Shown in pieces: positions 1 to 10,941 of a DNA stretch of 64,000 nt. Made by a program: the position numbers and the translations under genes. Source of the DNA: Sedimentisphaerales bacterium. GTDB lineage: Bacteria; Planctomycetota; Phycisphaerae; Sedimentisphaerales; SM23-30. Under the pieces are notes generated by a model, which saw only the letters and a program-made list of their open reading frames with translations, ran no database searches and had not been told where the DNA came from. Position 1 is the stretch's first letter. Each line of letters starts with the position of its first letter. The DNA is taken from NCBI GenBank assembly GCA_963666285.1, contig OY762711.1; one strand, 5' to 3'.

Positions 1-2491
1 TAAGTTCAAATTCTAAGCCATTATCCCAACTGGCGAAATGACGATCAGGATTACCATCGGTACCTTCATCCCATTCACAATCGCCAAAGCCGCCCAGGCT
101 GACCATACCAGGAATACCATCAAATTTGAACCAGCAATTAATAGTCCAGTCAGATGTACCAAAGAAGATATTGCCTGCACCATTAGCAAAGTTATTAGGA
201 TCATTAGCAATACAAGTTACGCTCATGTTAGCAGAGCCATCCATATACAATGCCCCATCTCCGGCCTCACCGGTAACACCGGCATCAGCCTGCCATTGGC
301 CTGTTGTAAAACCGCTGCCAAGGACACCTACATTACCGTTTCCACTTGCGTCTGCAACTGTTGTACCACTGGTCTCATCAAATTGCCAGCTGACAACATT
401 GCCACTTTGGACACCAGAACCATCTTCTGTCCATTCAGGGAGCATCATAGCTAAATCAGCAGCGTCTACCTTACAGTCATCGTTGAGGTCACCAGGTACT
501 GCTTCAACGCAAAAACTACTTCCAGTTAATGTGGCGTATTCATTAGCCACTTCCATTGGTGTCAGTGGATAACTGTAAATCTTAAGTTCATCGATTAGGC
601 CTGAATAACCCCAGCCGCTAGTACCTGTCATATTATACGAACCGATAGTAACCGCATTGGTACTTGGTAACGGAACACCTGTCTTTGGAGTACCAACTGC
701 AACACCATCAACATAAAGCTGAACGGTCTTAGCTGCTGAATCATATGACATCGCCAGCATGTGCCATTGATCATCATCATATCTGTCCAGCCCATCAGTC
801 ATAGAACCGATCGGGTACATATTTGCTTCAAAACTCTTGTTTGCATAAAAAGCGGTATCATACATATTCCAACCCGTACTTCCCGTGCGTTTAGCTACAT
901 AAGTCATATAACCGCCTAGACCTGTATAATCATTAGGTTTAACCCAGAATGTTGAAGTAAACCCTGCGGTGAAGAAGTTGAAATATTCTTCTGAGCCGGA
1001 AATCACAAGCTGGTCACCACTATCTCGAACAAAGCGAACTGATTCACCCTGAATACCAGGTTCATAAGTATTGGAAACATCTTCGTTGCCATTTACCGCA
1101 TTCCAACCGGCCACTGCATCATTAGGATCACCATCAAAAGGCAAATATACTTCAAGTTTGCCTTCTTTCAGTTCCACAACATCTGTTGCTGTTGTTGCTG
1201 TACCCGGTATGCTGTTTTGAAGTGTACAATAGTAATAGGTGAAGTCTTCAGCCTGTGCACCAGTAATTTCCAGTGTATTTGATTCGCCGCTTTGTAGAAG
1301 CATATCATCTTCTGGTGTATCAGTAGCTGCATCAGCTGAACTATACCAGCTATAAGTATCGGTCAATGCAGTTTCTACTGTAAAGAACGTAGAACCTCCC
1401 AGCGGAGCTGCCACTGACCAAGGCTGTGTAAGGACAATTGGATCCCCCTCGGTATCAAAATACCAATAATTGCCGCTCCAAAGAATTGGGACACCATTAT
1501 TAGGATCATGCACATCTACACGCCATACATACTGAGTATTATATTCAAATTCTTCAGAAGGGACGTAGTTAGTATCAGTAGTATTTTCCAAAACAGGTAC
1601 AAGATCCCAGTTAGGATCGTCTTTTGCACCCAAATATAAATCGTATCCAGTTGGAGTAATCCCAGTTGGAGATTCCCAACTCAAATCAGCCGTTATAGGA
1701 ACAGCAATAACTTTACTATCAGGCTGAGGATTAATCGCAGCCTTATCAACTGGAGTGTTAGATACAATCTGAAAACCACTGATACCTGAATTACCGGCAC
1801 ATTTGAATTCTATCAGTAAAGTTGGATCTGTTACATTTTCAAATACAGCCAGGGTAGCCTGAGGGTATGTGCCTGGAACTGTATTATCAGCTATAACCCA
1901 AGGCCCTTCACTACGACTAAATAAATCAGTAGTATGGTTGCCCACAGAAGCATAATAGAATGTCTGGTCTCCAATAGATATCTCTGAATTACGATTACTG
2001 GCATCAATTACCAACATAACATATACGTTATAGTTGGAATAAGGCACATCTTCTACTTCAACTAATTTGCGTTTTGAGCCTCCGCCACTGTGCCCAATAC
2101 AACTATTAAAGATACGGGCAATATTCCTCTCTAAATCAGTAATTGTACCATATCCGCTGTCAACATTTATAGCCCAGGAATATGTAAAATTACGATCGAC
2201 AGTCATGGTGGCTGTTGTAGTATTACCAGAGTTATCATTCAAAACAAGAACATCAGTATTACTCATCTTAAATGGCTCATTCCATCCGAGAACAGGAATA
2301 TAACCGGAAATCGGTTCATAAGTATCTACATCATGAAGGGTTTTAAATATAGAGTCGTGATAACCCCAGCCACCACCGTCTACATCGCCTAGATGTCTAA
2401 AATTGACACTAATAGCCTGCACATCTGTCTGAGCAAACAACTGCCCTGCCATCATAAAAGATAAAACTAAACTCAGCAATAATTTCTTCAT
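1..2491 (-). CDS. Large secreted multidomain protein (Fn3-like, Ig, LamG jellyrolls, internal dockerin-like repeat); runs off the left edge
   Basis: Absent from the ORF track because no stop lies inside the window. Hand translation: ATG at 2491 after GGAGG, signal peptide MKKLLLSLVLSFMMAGQLFA, then AINPQP..LSW..YVWRVD, PGDLNDDCKVDAADLAMMLPEW and SWQFDETSGTTVADASGNGN. Frame open in all segments checked, down to position 2. Confidence 0.85.
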   Translation of the reverse strand, partial: MKKLLLSLVLSFMMAGQLFAQTDVQAISVNFRHLGDVDGGGWGYHDSIFKTLHDVDTYEPISGYIPVLGWNEPFKMSNTDVLVLNDNSGNTTTATMTVDRNFTYSWAINVDSGYGTITDLERNIARIFNSCIGHSGGGSKRKLVEVEDVPYSNYNVYVMLVIDASNRNSEISIGDQTFYYASVGNHTTDLFSRSEGPWVIADNTVPGTYPQATLAVFENVTDPTLLIEFKCAGNSGISGFQIVSNTPVDKAAINPQPDSKVIAVPITADLSWESPTGITPTGYDLYLGAKDDPNWDLVPVLENTTDTNYVPSEEFEYNTQYVWRVDVHDPNNGVPILWSGNYWYFDTEGDPIVLTQPWSVAAPLGGSTFFTVETALTDTYSWYSSADAATDTPEDDMLLQSGESNTLEITGAQAEDFTYYYCTLQNSIPGTATTATDVVELKEGKLEVYLPFDGDPNDAVAGWNAVNGNEDVSNTYEPGIQGESVRFVRDSGDQLVISGSEEYFNFFTAGFTSTFWVKPNDYTGLGGYMTYVAKRTGSTGWNMYDTAFYANKSFEANMYPIGSMTDGLDRYDDDQWHMLAMSYDSAAKTVQLYVDGVAVGTPKTGVPLPSTNAVTIGSYNMTGTSGWGYSGLIDELKIYSYPLTPMEVANEYATLTGSSFCVEAVPGDLNDDCKVDAADLAMMLPEWTEDGSGVQSGNVVSWQFDETSGTTVADASGNGNVGVLGSGFTTGQWQADAGVTGEAGDGALYMDGSANMSVTCIANDPNNFANGAGNIFFGTSDWTINCWFKFDGIPGMVSLGGFGDCEWDEGTDGNPDRHFASWDNGLEFEL

Positions 2492-3327
2492 TTTGCTACC
2501 TCCAAAAGAATTAATATTATATTTGACACAATTGAGAATTACTGTTATTCACTATTTTAACCTAAATATTGCGATTCATTATAAAACAAAAAAAACACAT
2601 AAAAGTAATATTTCAGCTATTTTAACACTAAATATTCTTACTAAATATTCACGTTAAGCGCAATGTCATCACAAAGCCAAAACTTAGGTCAGGCTTAGAA
2701 TTTAGCACTTATGTCTTATAATACCCCTCAATTTATTTAGCTTATTTATTCAAGATAAAGCTGTTATTAAAATATATTAGAATTTATATTTTGAACGTAA
2801 TTTATTATATGATACGAATCACTAACTTCACAATAGACATATGTAACAAGATGATGGATATATGTAATGAATGCAATAAGTTACTTATGACAGCCTCCCG
2901 GTTTAACATCATTGAAAAAACGGTTTAATTTGGTACAACCTCAATTCTCTTGCCATAAAGCACTTGCTCTTAACCGCTTAGACTATTTACATCAGAATAT
3001 TCAAAAGATATATAATCACGCCGGAACAAGATAAAATGCCATAAGCAATTTGCGCATACTAATACCCACTACTGCAAAATTGCGTTTTTGTTATTATCAA
3101 AAAATGTAAATATGTAATTTATATTTATGTAATTTATTACAAAATTGTTTGATCAGACAATTACACCAAACAGAAAGCCCTAACAAGAATTTAACATAAC
3201 GATATAGCCCTACATTAAAATTCATTTTATCTATATCTATTATTTACACATACAAACATATATTATGAATTTCCACGCGGAACTTTTCCACCCCTGAAGA
3301 GTATATTCTTCCTTAATCTAAAATGCC

Positions 3328-5715
3328 TTATTCCCTCCAGAGCCATTCGGTTGTAAATCTCTCTAAATCGTCCGGTTGAACCGTTCCATCCCGGTCCAGA
3401 TCGCTCTGCAACAAAACTTTATCCCACAACCACTGCTGGGAAAAAATATACCAATCCAACAAATCCACACTTCCATCCCCGGTAAAATCACATGTATTCC
3501 CCACTTCCGATAGCGACATACTAGCCTCCGCAGATCCGCCATAAGCTCCCATATTCACCCGCTTCCCATGCGGCCATAACTCGCCTGTCCAATCAGTATT
3601 CGGATCGCCCGCATCAATACATGGGCTCGTCGTTGTATCCTTATTCCAGTATTTGTTGACAGGATCCCACCTTCCGCCTTGAGATTTCAAATACAAATCC
3701 CCTAAATTGTTATCAACGAAGTACGGATCAACATCAATATTCCCTTGACCGTCCGGCCAGCCGTCTTCTATATTGCTATAGCTGACTATTGTAATTGACT
3801 CGTTATGATTCTGAATTTCATCGCCGCCATTCCAGAGTATACAGTTGCGAACGGTCAGGCTGCTGTTATCATTACATATTCCATCACTACTGTATCCGGT
3901 AGAGTTTCGACTGAAGGTACAGTTAATCAGAGTCGGCTTTGATATCAATTCTCCTCCCAGGGACCAATTATACATTCCACCGCCCATGTTACTGGCAGAA
4001 TTGGCGAAAAAGATGCAGCCAGTTATGGTCGGACTGCTGTTCAGGTTAAACATCCCACCACCATCTCTGTTATAGGTAAAGTTGTTGAAGAAAGTACAGC
4101 CGGTTATCTTTGGGCTGCTGCTAACATTATATACCCCTCCGCCAGAATATTTTGTAAAATTCCAGTAAAAGGTGCAATTGGTAACCGTAGGATGGCTTTT
4201 ATAGTTATACATTCCGCCGCCTTCATTTTCAGACCAGTTATTTTCAATTATACAGTTGGACACTGTCGGTGAAGAAGATTTGTTATACAGCCCCCCTCCA
4301 TAAGATGCGCTCCCATCTTTAATCAGAAATCCGCTGATGACGGTATTGGAATCTTCTCTGCTGCTGCAGGTAATGACACTGCCGGCTTTCTGGCCGTTTA
4401 TAATTGTATGATCAACAATATTCGGATCGGTCGGATCGGTGCTGCGCAGAGTAATCGATTTGCCTTTCATATTTAGGTTTTCATAATATATGCCCGGCAT
4501 GACAATAATCGTATCCCCTTCTTTAGCTATATCTATGGCGATCTGAATTTGGCTGAAAGGCATCGTTCCACCATCATCCACATAAAGCGTATCGTATAGG
4601 TAGATAAAGTTAGCAATTACCGTTTTGTCGGTATCCATGATAATGGTTTCAGGATTGTCACTGCCAGTGAGGTCGCCACTCCAGTAGGAAAAGGCAAAAT
4701 CATCATCGGCAATAGTGGTCAGGGTTAATTCTTCACCCGGATAGTAATACGATTTATCTGGATCGACAATTACTCTACCGGCGGTAATATTTGTCTGCAC
4801 ATCCAGTGTATATAATTTAATATAGTTCGCTGTGATATTTTTATCCGTATCCATCGTAATGTTTGCCGGATTGTCACTACTGTCAAGATCGCCACTCCAG
4901 TGATCGAACATATACCCTTCCGGGATCGTTGCAGTCAGGGTAACTTCAGAATCAGGCGGGTACGATCCGCCAACCGGATCAAGTTCTACACTAGCGCCGA
5001 TAACGGTCGGTTCTACCCCAACGGTCAGTTCATAATAATCTGTATTATAGACATTCACAACTTCCTGTTCGGTAAGCGCACTGTTATAGATACGTATAGT
5101 GTCCATCTGACCATCAAAAAAGTCTGTCGCTGTCGGACCACTATCCCAATCCATTCCAACTACCCAGGCTTTTCCTTCCGGATTTGTCATTACACTATCG
5201 AGCACCTGGCTCCACAGTTGTACTCCATTACGATAAACTGTTACCTGCGATTGAGTTCCATTCAGCTTTTCCACCACCGCTGCCAGATGCTGCCAACCAG
5301 CTTGAAAAGTACCCCCTGTATTTGTCTGAGAGCCAATTCGCACATGATAGCCACTATTGTAAAAACCAAAAAGGAAAATATTACCCCCTGTTGAGGTATG
5401 TTTACCGATAAAGTTCTGATTCGTATTGGTATCAGCCGGATTGATCCATAGACAAACGGTAAACGTATCGCCAACTGAAAAATCCGCCGTTTCCATATAG
5501 CCCTCACCCCCCAACTGGAGCACACCACCTCGACCGATCTCTGCCGTCACGGCGGCACTTCCGATCAGCATACCATGGTACCCATTCGGCCCGGAATCAT
5601 ACACTACAGCACCACTGGTTTCATCAAAGCCCCAATGAGCCACCAGATCGGCCCAGGCTGCTTCATTAACAATAAATAGCACAAAAACACACAGAATTGT
5701 TCTTATCATCTTCAT
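3328..5715 (-). CDS. Secreted protein: LamG + two InlB-B-like repeats + right-handed beta-helix + C-terminal dockerin-like pair
   Basis: Signal peptide; LVAHWGFDETSG..WQHLAAV LamG; two F.HWSGDL..SDNP..I.MDTDK repeats; GGG(M/L)YN..SSP....C.F..N helix repeats; DFTGDGSVDLLDW and DLDRDGTVQPDDL at the end. Confidence 0.85.
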   Translation of the reverse strand: MKMIRTILCVFVLFIVNEAAWADLVAHWGFDETSGAVVYDSGPNGYHGMLIGSAAVTAEIGRGGVLQLGGEGYMETADFSVGDTFTVCLWINPADTNTNQNFIGKHTSTGGNIFLFGFYNSGYHVRIGSQTNTGGTFQAGWQHLAAVVEKLNGTQSQVTVYRNGVQLWSQVLDSVMTNPEGKAWVVGMDWDSGPTATDFFDGQMDTIRIYNSALTEQEVVNVYNTDYYELTVGVEPTVIGASVELDPVGGSYPPDSEVTLTATIPEGYMFDHWSGDLDSSDNPANITMDTDKNITANYIKLYTLDVQTNITAGRVIVDPDKSYYYPGEELTLTTIADDDFAFSYWSGDLTGSDNPETIIMDTDKTVIANFIYLYDTLYVDDGGTMPFSQIQIAIDIAKEGDTIIVMPGIYYENLNMKGKSITLRSTDPTDPNIVDHTIINGQKAGSVITCSSREDSNTVISGFLIKDGSASYGGGLYNKSSSPTVSNCIIENNWSENEGGGMYNYKSHPTVTNCTFYWNFTKYSGGGVYNVSSSPKITGCTFFNNFTYNRDGGGMFNLNSSPTITGCIFFANSASNMGGGMYNWSLGGELISKPTLINCTFSRNSTGYSSDGICNDNSSLTVRNCILWNGGDEIQNHNESITIVSYSNIEDGWPDGQGNIDVDPYFVDNNLGDLYLKSQGGRWDPVNKYWNKDTTTSPCIDAGDPNTDWTGELWPHGKRVNMGAYGGSAEASMSLSEVGNTCDFTGDGSVDLLDWYIFSQQWLWDKVLLQSDLDRDGTVQPDDLERFTTEWLWRE

Positions 5716-6118
5716 TTATAACCCCTATTCATATATATAATCACTGAGGAATCATAAATCACTTCACTTTATTATTCATTTTTCCCTCAGTGAAGCTCGT
5801 TCTTTCTCTTCATTTTTAAATTTCATCCTCCTGGTGCCTCAATTTTGATATAAACAAAAAATCAAATGATATAAACACTCTCTTATTATTGTCTGAACGT
5901 AAGTACGGCAAAGAATTTTAAATCAGATAAACGCCTAATATTATAATAACATAACAATATATGAAATCCAGTTCAAAGTTTTCATGGGAAATATATGAAA
6001 TGCCATATTGCTAGATACAGAGCAATATCTGATAATACCGCCCATTCCCCCTATCCTGTGTCCACTCAAATTCCCCTTCTACCCCAAGCGTTACACACTT
6101 ATGCAAACAGCCGTTTTA

Positions 6119-6218
6119 TAGGGAATAATTAAAATAGATGAAGCTTTGTAACTCATTTATCTGCTAGGCATTATGAAATATGCCATTTAGGATCGAACCT
6201 AAAACCCAAGGATTAAAA
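6119..6218 (-). repeat. Decayed tRNA-Lys(TTT) 3' half plus downstream hairpin (att-like direct repeat, copy 1)
   Basis: Minus strand reads GGATTTTAATCC-TTGGGT-TTTAGGTTCGATCCTAA-ATGGCATA (anticodon loop, T-arm, acceptor remnant). About 77/101 identical to 18910-19010 by hand alignment. Confidence 0.7.
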
Positions 6219-7913
6219 TCCACCAACTTTTTTGACTATGACGCAGATTAATAGAAGTGAAAAAAACGATAATACTATACCTATCAATTTCGATAAAAAT
6301 ATTATACTTCCAATACCAAAACATAAACAAAAAACACTAATAATTCCTAGTACACACAAAACAAAAGTAGAATAAGAAGAATCTGCGATAGGAATATTAT
6401 ATTTCATATAAATATCACTCCAGCCAAACAAAGGCGGCCTGACTCTTTCAACAAATTTAGAAAGAACATCGCAATTCACAGGCTTAGTCAAAAATGTTAC
6501 AGAGACCCATATAATCGTAGATACACCGACAATAATGAATAACTTATACGAATACGGCATGTCCGGATACTTTATCTCCAAAGTAATTGCAACTAAGCCA
6601 GAAGCAATCAATGATGATATTTCTGACCAGGCATTAATACGCCACCAGAACCATCTCAGTATCCATGTAAGCCCTGCACCACTTGTGAATGTCAGGATAA
6701 AAATCCACGCCTTAGCAATAGACTTCATATTCATAGAAACTGCCACACATATAAGAAGAAGTAATAATATCATGACTCTGGACACCCAAACATAATGTCT
6801 GTCTGAACCGTTTCTGTTAATAAAACGGCGATAAACATCATTAACCAGATATGAAGCTCCAAGGTTCAGGTGCGTATCAACTGTTGACATAAATGCTGCT
6901 ATCAAACTGGCTAAAACAATCCCATACACTCCCGCAGGCAAGAGCTGCGTCAGCATATTAACATATCCAATTTCCGGATCTTCAATATTGGGATATATAA
7001 TAACGGCACACAAACCTGTAATAATCCAGGGCCATATCTGTACGGCATATGACAGTATGGAATACAATAAAGTTGCATACATAGCATGCTTCTCATTCTT
7101 TGTTGAAAGAATACGCTGAATATACTTTCCTCCACCATCAGAATACTTCTGGGCCCACCATACAAATAATATACATGTCAAAAAAGTAACAATTGATTCC
7201 GTCGAGCTGTTGCCAAAGTCAGGAAAAAAATCAATATAATGACTAACATCATCATTTGAAGAAAAAAACGCAACAAAGGAATCAATACCACCAACATATT
7301 TTACAGAATAATAAGCTAATAAAATTGCCCCAGATAAAGCTATAAAATACTGTATCAGGCTTGTGTTGATTACTCCAAAAAAACCTGAAGAGCCTACATA
7401 AATCATTACAACAAAAACAGATACAACTAAGACGTAATTAGGATTTACACCAGTCATCGTTCCGAATATTTTAATTAAAGCTAAAAATACCCATCCAAGA
7501 ACAAAAACATTTAAAATAACACCAAAATATAAACCTTTAAACAAACGAAGGAAAGAAGCTGACTTACCACTATATCGTAATTCGGTAATTTCTGCATCTG
7601 TCAAAACAGATGATCTTCGCCATAATTGTGCAAAAAAAAATGTTGCAATAATTCCAGATATCGCACTGGACCAATACAACCAGACTCCACAAATTCCTTG
7701 TTGATAGATAAAATTTGTTATAGCCAGCGGTGTATCTATTGAAAAGTTAGCTGCAGCCATAGAAATCCCGGCAATAGGCCAGGAAATTGTTCTATTTTTC
7801 AAGAAAAAGCTATCAACATTCACACCGGCTTTTCGTGTTCGCCAAACACCTACAAAAAACACTACCAACATGTAAATTGCTATTATTGAAATGTCCAGAG
7901 CAGTAATTTTCAT
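6213..7913 (-). CDS. Sodium:solute symporter (SSS) family transporter
   Basis: Many TM segments; SMAAANFSIDTPL, YIQRILSTKNEKHA and AAFMSTVDTHLNLGASYLVND motifs. Confidence 0.9.
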   Translation of the reverse strand: MKITALDISIIAIYMLVVFFVGVWRTRKAGVNVDSFFLKNRTISWPIAGISMAAANFSIDTPLAITNFIYQQGICGVWLYWSSAISGIIATFFFAQLWRRSSVLTDAEITELRYSGKSASFLRLFKGLYFGVILNVFVLGWVFLALIKIFGTMTGVNPNYVLVVSVFVVMIYVGSSGFFGVINTSLIQYFIALSGAILLAYYSVKYVGGIDSFVAFFSSNDDVSHYIDFFPDFGNSSTESIVTFLTCILFVWWAQKYSDGGGKYIQRILSTKNEKHAMYATLLYSILSYAVQIWPWIITGLCAVIIYPNIEDPEIGYVNMLTQLLPAGVYGIVLASLIAAFMSTVDTHLNLGASYLVNDVYRRFINRNGSDRHYVWVSRVMILLLLLICVAVSMNMKSIAKAWIFILTFTSGAGLTWILRWFWWRINAWSEISSLIASGLVAITLEIKYPDMPYSYKLFIIVGVSTIIWVSVTFLTKPVNCDVLSKFVERVRPPLFGWSDIYMKYNIPIADSSYSTFVLCVLGIISVFCLCFGIGSIIFLSKLIGIVLSFFSLLLICVIVKKVGGF

Positions 7914-8058
7914 TTATATATGGCCAAAAAAACATTATTAATATACGCTGCACACTGCATATATTATACAATACGTACTTTTAACAGTTCTACATTATAA
8001 GCAATACAGGGTCTCAGCAGGAACAATGTTATAAATTTTAATTACTTAAGAACTTTAT

Positions 8059-8195
8059 TGTGCGGTATCCTTCTCATCATATACTTGACGCACTTTTGAC
8101 TGTTCAACATTACACACAAAGGCCGGAACAAGGCCAATTAGTGAAAAACGAATAGTGAAAAGTGAAAAATTAAGGTGTTCTACTATCGTCTCACA
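8059..8195 (-). repeat. Dispersed ~140-bp repeat, family B
   Basis: Reverse complement aligns to 36606-36745 (GAACACCTYAATTYTTCACTTTTCAYTATTCRTTTTTCAC..AATTGGCC..GTTGAACAG.CAAAAGTG..CCGCACA). Confidence 0.8.
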
Positions 8196-8212
8196 CTTTG
8201 CTTAAAACATAA

Positions 8213-8278
8213 GTGTTGCAGGAAGGCCTTTTTAGGCGATTTTTGCAACATAATAACTGTGAAAGTAAAAGTAAACTT
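8213..8278 (+). repeat. Dispersed structured repeat, family C
   Basis: GTGTTGCAGGAAGGCCTTTTTAGGCGATTT..TTGCAAC..GAAAGTAAA matches the reverse complement of 59146-59223. Confidence 0.75.
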
Positions 8279-8521
8279 TATTGTAAGTCTATTTAATCCA
8301 TTATGCAATAGAAAGCCTCTTCGCTGTGATCATTGCAGCTATAACAATCCTTCAAAAAGTTGATTTTGATGCAAAAACTAGATATTAAATTTTGCTGGCA
8401 AGGTATTTAAAATCGCGACTATTCGACAATACCCATGTTTATGTTAAACACAGCCAAACCGGCTAAGAGATGTTCGCGGTAAACAATGCTTTTTAAGAGA
8501 AAGTCAAAACAATTTGCTACG

Positions 8522-10903
8522 CTATCTCGCAGTATCATTGTCTATGAAAAAATCTGTAGCAGATGGAGGACAATCTCCAGATGAAGCTCCCCATCTTTTT
8601 TGGGGGGCCGCTCCCAACTCTAACACAAGTTTGCCACCTTCTGCAAAATTTAAATGTGGAAACCAGCACTTGTTCCAATTCAGACCGTTCAACTTGGCAG
8701 ATTGGATATAAATATTCTTTTCTGAATTATTTTTGGAAATAATTTCAAAAGTATTTCCAGGATAATAGCGATTATCCAACATAATTACAACGTGATCAAA
8801 AATCGGGCTTGTAATCTCATACGTCGGATAAATATCACAACCTCCATTCATTTCGAATAAACCAATAGCCATTAACACTCCAAGCGCCCCCATTTGCCCC
8901 TGATCTTCATCGCCGTTATAGCCACTGTCAGGAGTTATACCCCCAAATGTTATATCTTTAACTTTCCTGACCCATTTTTGCGACAACCATGGAGTGCCGC
9001 AAAAATTAAATAAATGAGCCATTTGAGTTCCAGGCTGATTGCTGTAATCTACCATACTATCTTTGCCTGTAAATCGTTTTGACTCCGAAAATTCAAAACA
9101 TTGATTCAATCTATCAGAATAAACACTATTTCCCCCGAATAATTGTATTAGCCCCTTCATATCATGCGGAACATAATTTGAGTAAATTACAGATGAGCTT
9201 TCGCAGAAATCATGCTTTGATAACGGATCAAAATCCGGACTGAATACACCATCTGCTGTTCTAGGATGCATATATCCGACTTCCGGATCCCACATATTCT
9301 TATAATTATACGCTCTTTTCATAAACAATTCATAATCGTCCATTTTATTCAATGATTTTGCCAATTGGGCAAGGCACCAATCCTGGTAAGCATATTCCAA
9401 GGTCATCGACGCTCCATCGTTATGATAACCTTTGCTCTTTATATTGTCAGGAATATAGCCCTGTTTAACATAATCCGGCATGCCGCCACCAACAGGTTTA
9501 TCAGTGAATTCATAGCTGGACCAGTCACGCAATCCTCCCGGAAATGCATTTTTTCGTAGCCCTTCATAAGCTTTCTGCACATCATAATTACGAATACCCT
9601 TATTATACGCACAGGCAAAAAACGATACAGCTGGATCACCGATCATTACATGGGTATAATTCCCCCCAGATGGGCCACGAGGGATATAACCACCATCCTC
9701 GTACATTGACACCATCGTATTGGCAAAACCATCCATAAGCTCCGGATAAACCATTGACCATAAAACATTCAACGTCCAGTGTACTCCCCACAAAGCATCA
9801 AAATTATAATGCGGAAATCGTGGTTTGCCATCTGCATCCAATGGTACTGTACGAACAATTGCTTTGCCGCTAGTCATATCACAATATTTACCATCAACAT
9901 CACTGACAATTCTGCGTCCCAGTAATGAATGCCATAAATCTGTATAAAACTTTATTTTTTGCTTATCAGAACCACCATCAACCATGATCCTGCTCAACCA
10001 CCTGTTCCACTGCCGCTGTGAATCATATACTACCTGATTAAAATCCCAGCCAGGCAATTCTGTTTCCAGATTTTTTCGAGCCTGCCCCATCGAGGTATAT
10101 GAAATCGCAACTTTAAGCAAAACCTGTTCATCCTTCTTAGTAGTAAATTTCGCATAGCCCCCAATATTAATACCTTTAATTTCATCTGACTGAGCCAGAA
10201 TTCCATCCTGCCATACGCCAAATTCACAGAATGGTTTATTAACCTCAGCAGAAAAATATATATAAGGTTCATGACATCGTCTTTTTGTACGCTTCTGAGC
10301 AGAGTAACCTTCAATCCTGTATTGATCTATCCTGCGTATATAAGCGATGCTGGTATCACTATGTGCCAGTACCGCTCCAATATCAAAAATAATATAACTC
10401 TTCGCTGACTCTGGGAAAGTATAACGGTGAAATCCTACACGCTCTGTTGAAGTCAATTCCGCCGTGATATTGTATGTATCCAAATGCACTCTATGGTAAC
10501 CAGGCTCAACAATTTCATTATCATGTGTAAACGCTGACTGATACTGATCCATTCCAAGATGACCGTTAAACTCACCCGTGGTAGGCAAAACAGCAATTCC
10601 GGCAAGCTGCCAGGCATGAACGTGACTGAAACAGCGTATTTTCGAATCATGGTAAAGATAACCGGAATTCCAGCTGCCCTCTGTATCTGTATCCGGGCTT
10701 AAATTCACCATTCCAAACGGACGACAAGCAGATGAAAAATAAAACCATCTGGAATCACTTGTCCCAATTGTCGGGTCTACCCACTTCAAAGGGACCATTT
10801 GACTCGCACACCCAACGGTATCAGTTGTATCAATGCCAAAAGCAGTATTAAAGGCAAACAATACAATAAATAACAACACAATATTTCTGTTCATATGGAT
10901 CAT
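8522..10903 (-). CDS. GH92 family alpha-mannosidase, secreted
   Basis: WVDPTIGT, PFGMVNLSPDT, LTSTERVGFHRYTFP, SMTLEYAYQDW, YSNQP, YNGDEDQGQMGA, YIQSAKLNG. Confidence 0.93.
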   Translation of the reverse strand: MIHMNRNIVLLFIVLFAFNTAFGIDTTDTVGCASQMVPLKWVDPTIGTSDSRWFYFSSACRPFGMVNLSPDTDTEGSWNSGYLYHDSKIRCFSHVHAWQLAGIAVLPTTGEFNGHLGMDQYQSAFTHDNEIVEPGYHRVHLDTYNITAELTSTERVGFHRYTFPESAKSYIIFDIGAVLAHSDTSIAYIRRIDQYRIEGYSAQKRTKRRCHEPYIYFSAEVNKPFCEFGVWQDGILAQSDEIKGINIGGYAKFTTKKDEQVLLKVAISYTSMGQARKNLETELPGWDFNQVVYDSQRQWNRWLSRIMVDGGSDKQKIKFYTDLWHSLLGRRIVSDVDGKYCDMTSGKAIVRTVPLDADGKPRFPHYNFDALWGVHWTLNVLWSMVYPELMDGFANTMVSMYEDGGYIPRGPSGGNYTHVMIGDPAVSFFACAYNKGIRNYDVQKAYEGLRKNAFPGGLRDWSSYEFTDKPVGGGMPDYVKQGYIPDNIKSKGYHNDGASMTLEYAYQDWCLAQLAKSLNKMDDYELFMKRAYNYKNMWDPEVGYMHPRTADGVFSPDFDPLSKHDFCESSSVIYSNYVPHDMKGLIQLFGGNSVYSDRLNQCFEFSESKRFTGKDSMVDYSNQPGTQMAHLFNFCGTPWLSQKWVRKVKDITFGGITPDSGYNGDEDQGQMGALGVLMAIGLFEMNGGCDIYPTYEITSPIFDHVVIMLDNRYYPGNTFEIISKNNSEKNIYIQSAKLNGLNWNKCWFPHLNFAEGGKLVLELGAAPQKRWGASSGDCPPSATDFFIDNDTAR

Positions 10904-10941
10904 AAACTCTCAACTATAAAAAATATCACAAGAAAAACATC

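Noticed and set aside
13..572. ORF-track calls 13-210, 38-454 and 126-572 (also 2067-2303)
   Set aside because: All overlap the real minus-strand gene 1-2491, which the track missed because its stop is outside the window.
8140..8172. CRISPR-like periodic repeats
   Set aside because: Only degenerate 7-nt units with no spacers and no cas genes; no array anywhere in the window.
8175..8363. Small paralogous peptides sharing CCRKA.LGD (also 59130-59336)
   Set aside because: The similarity is the DNA repeat family C. The 16-nt indel breaks the frame, so it is not coding conservation.
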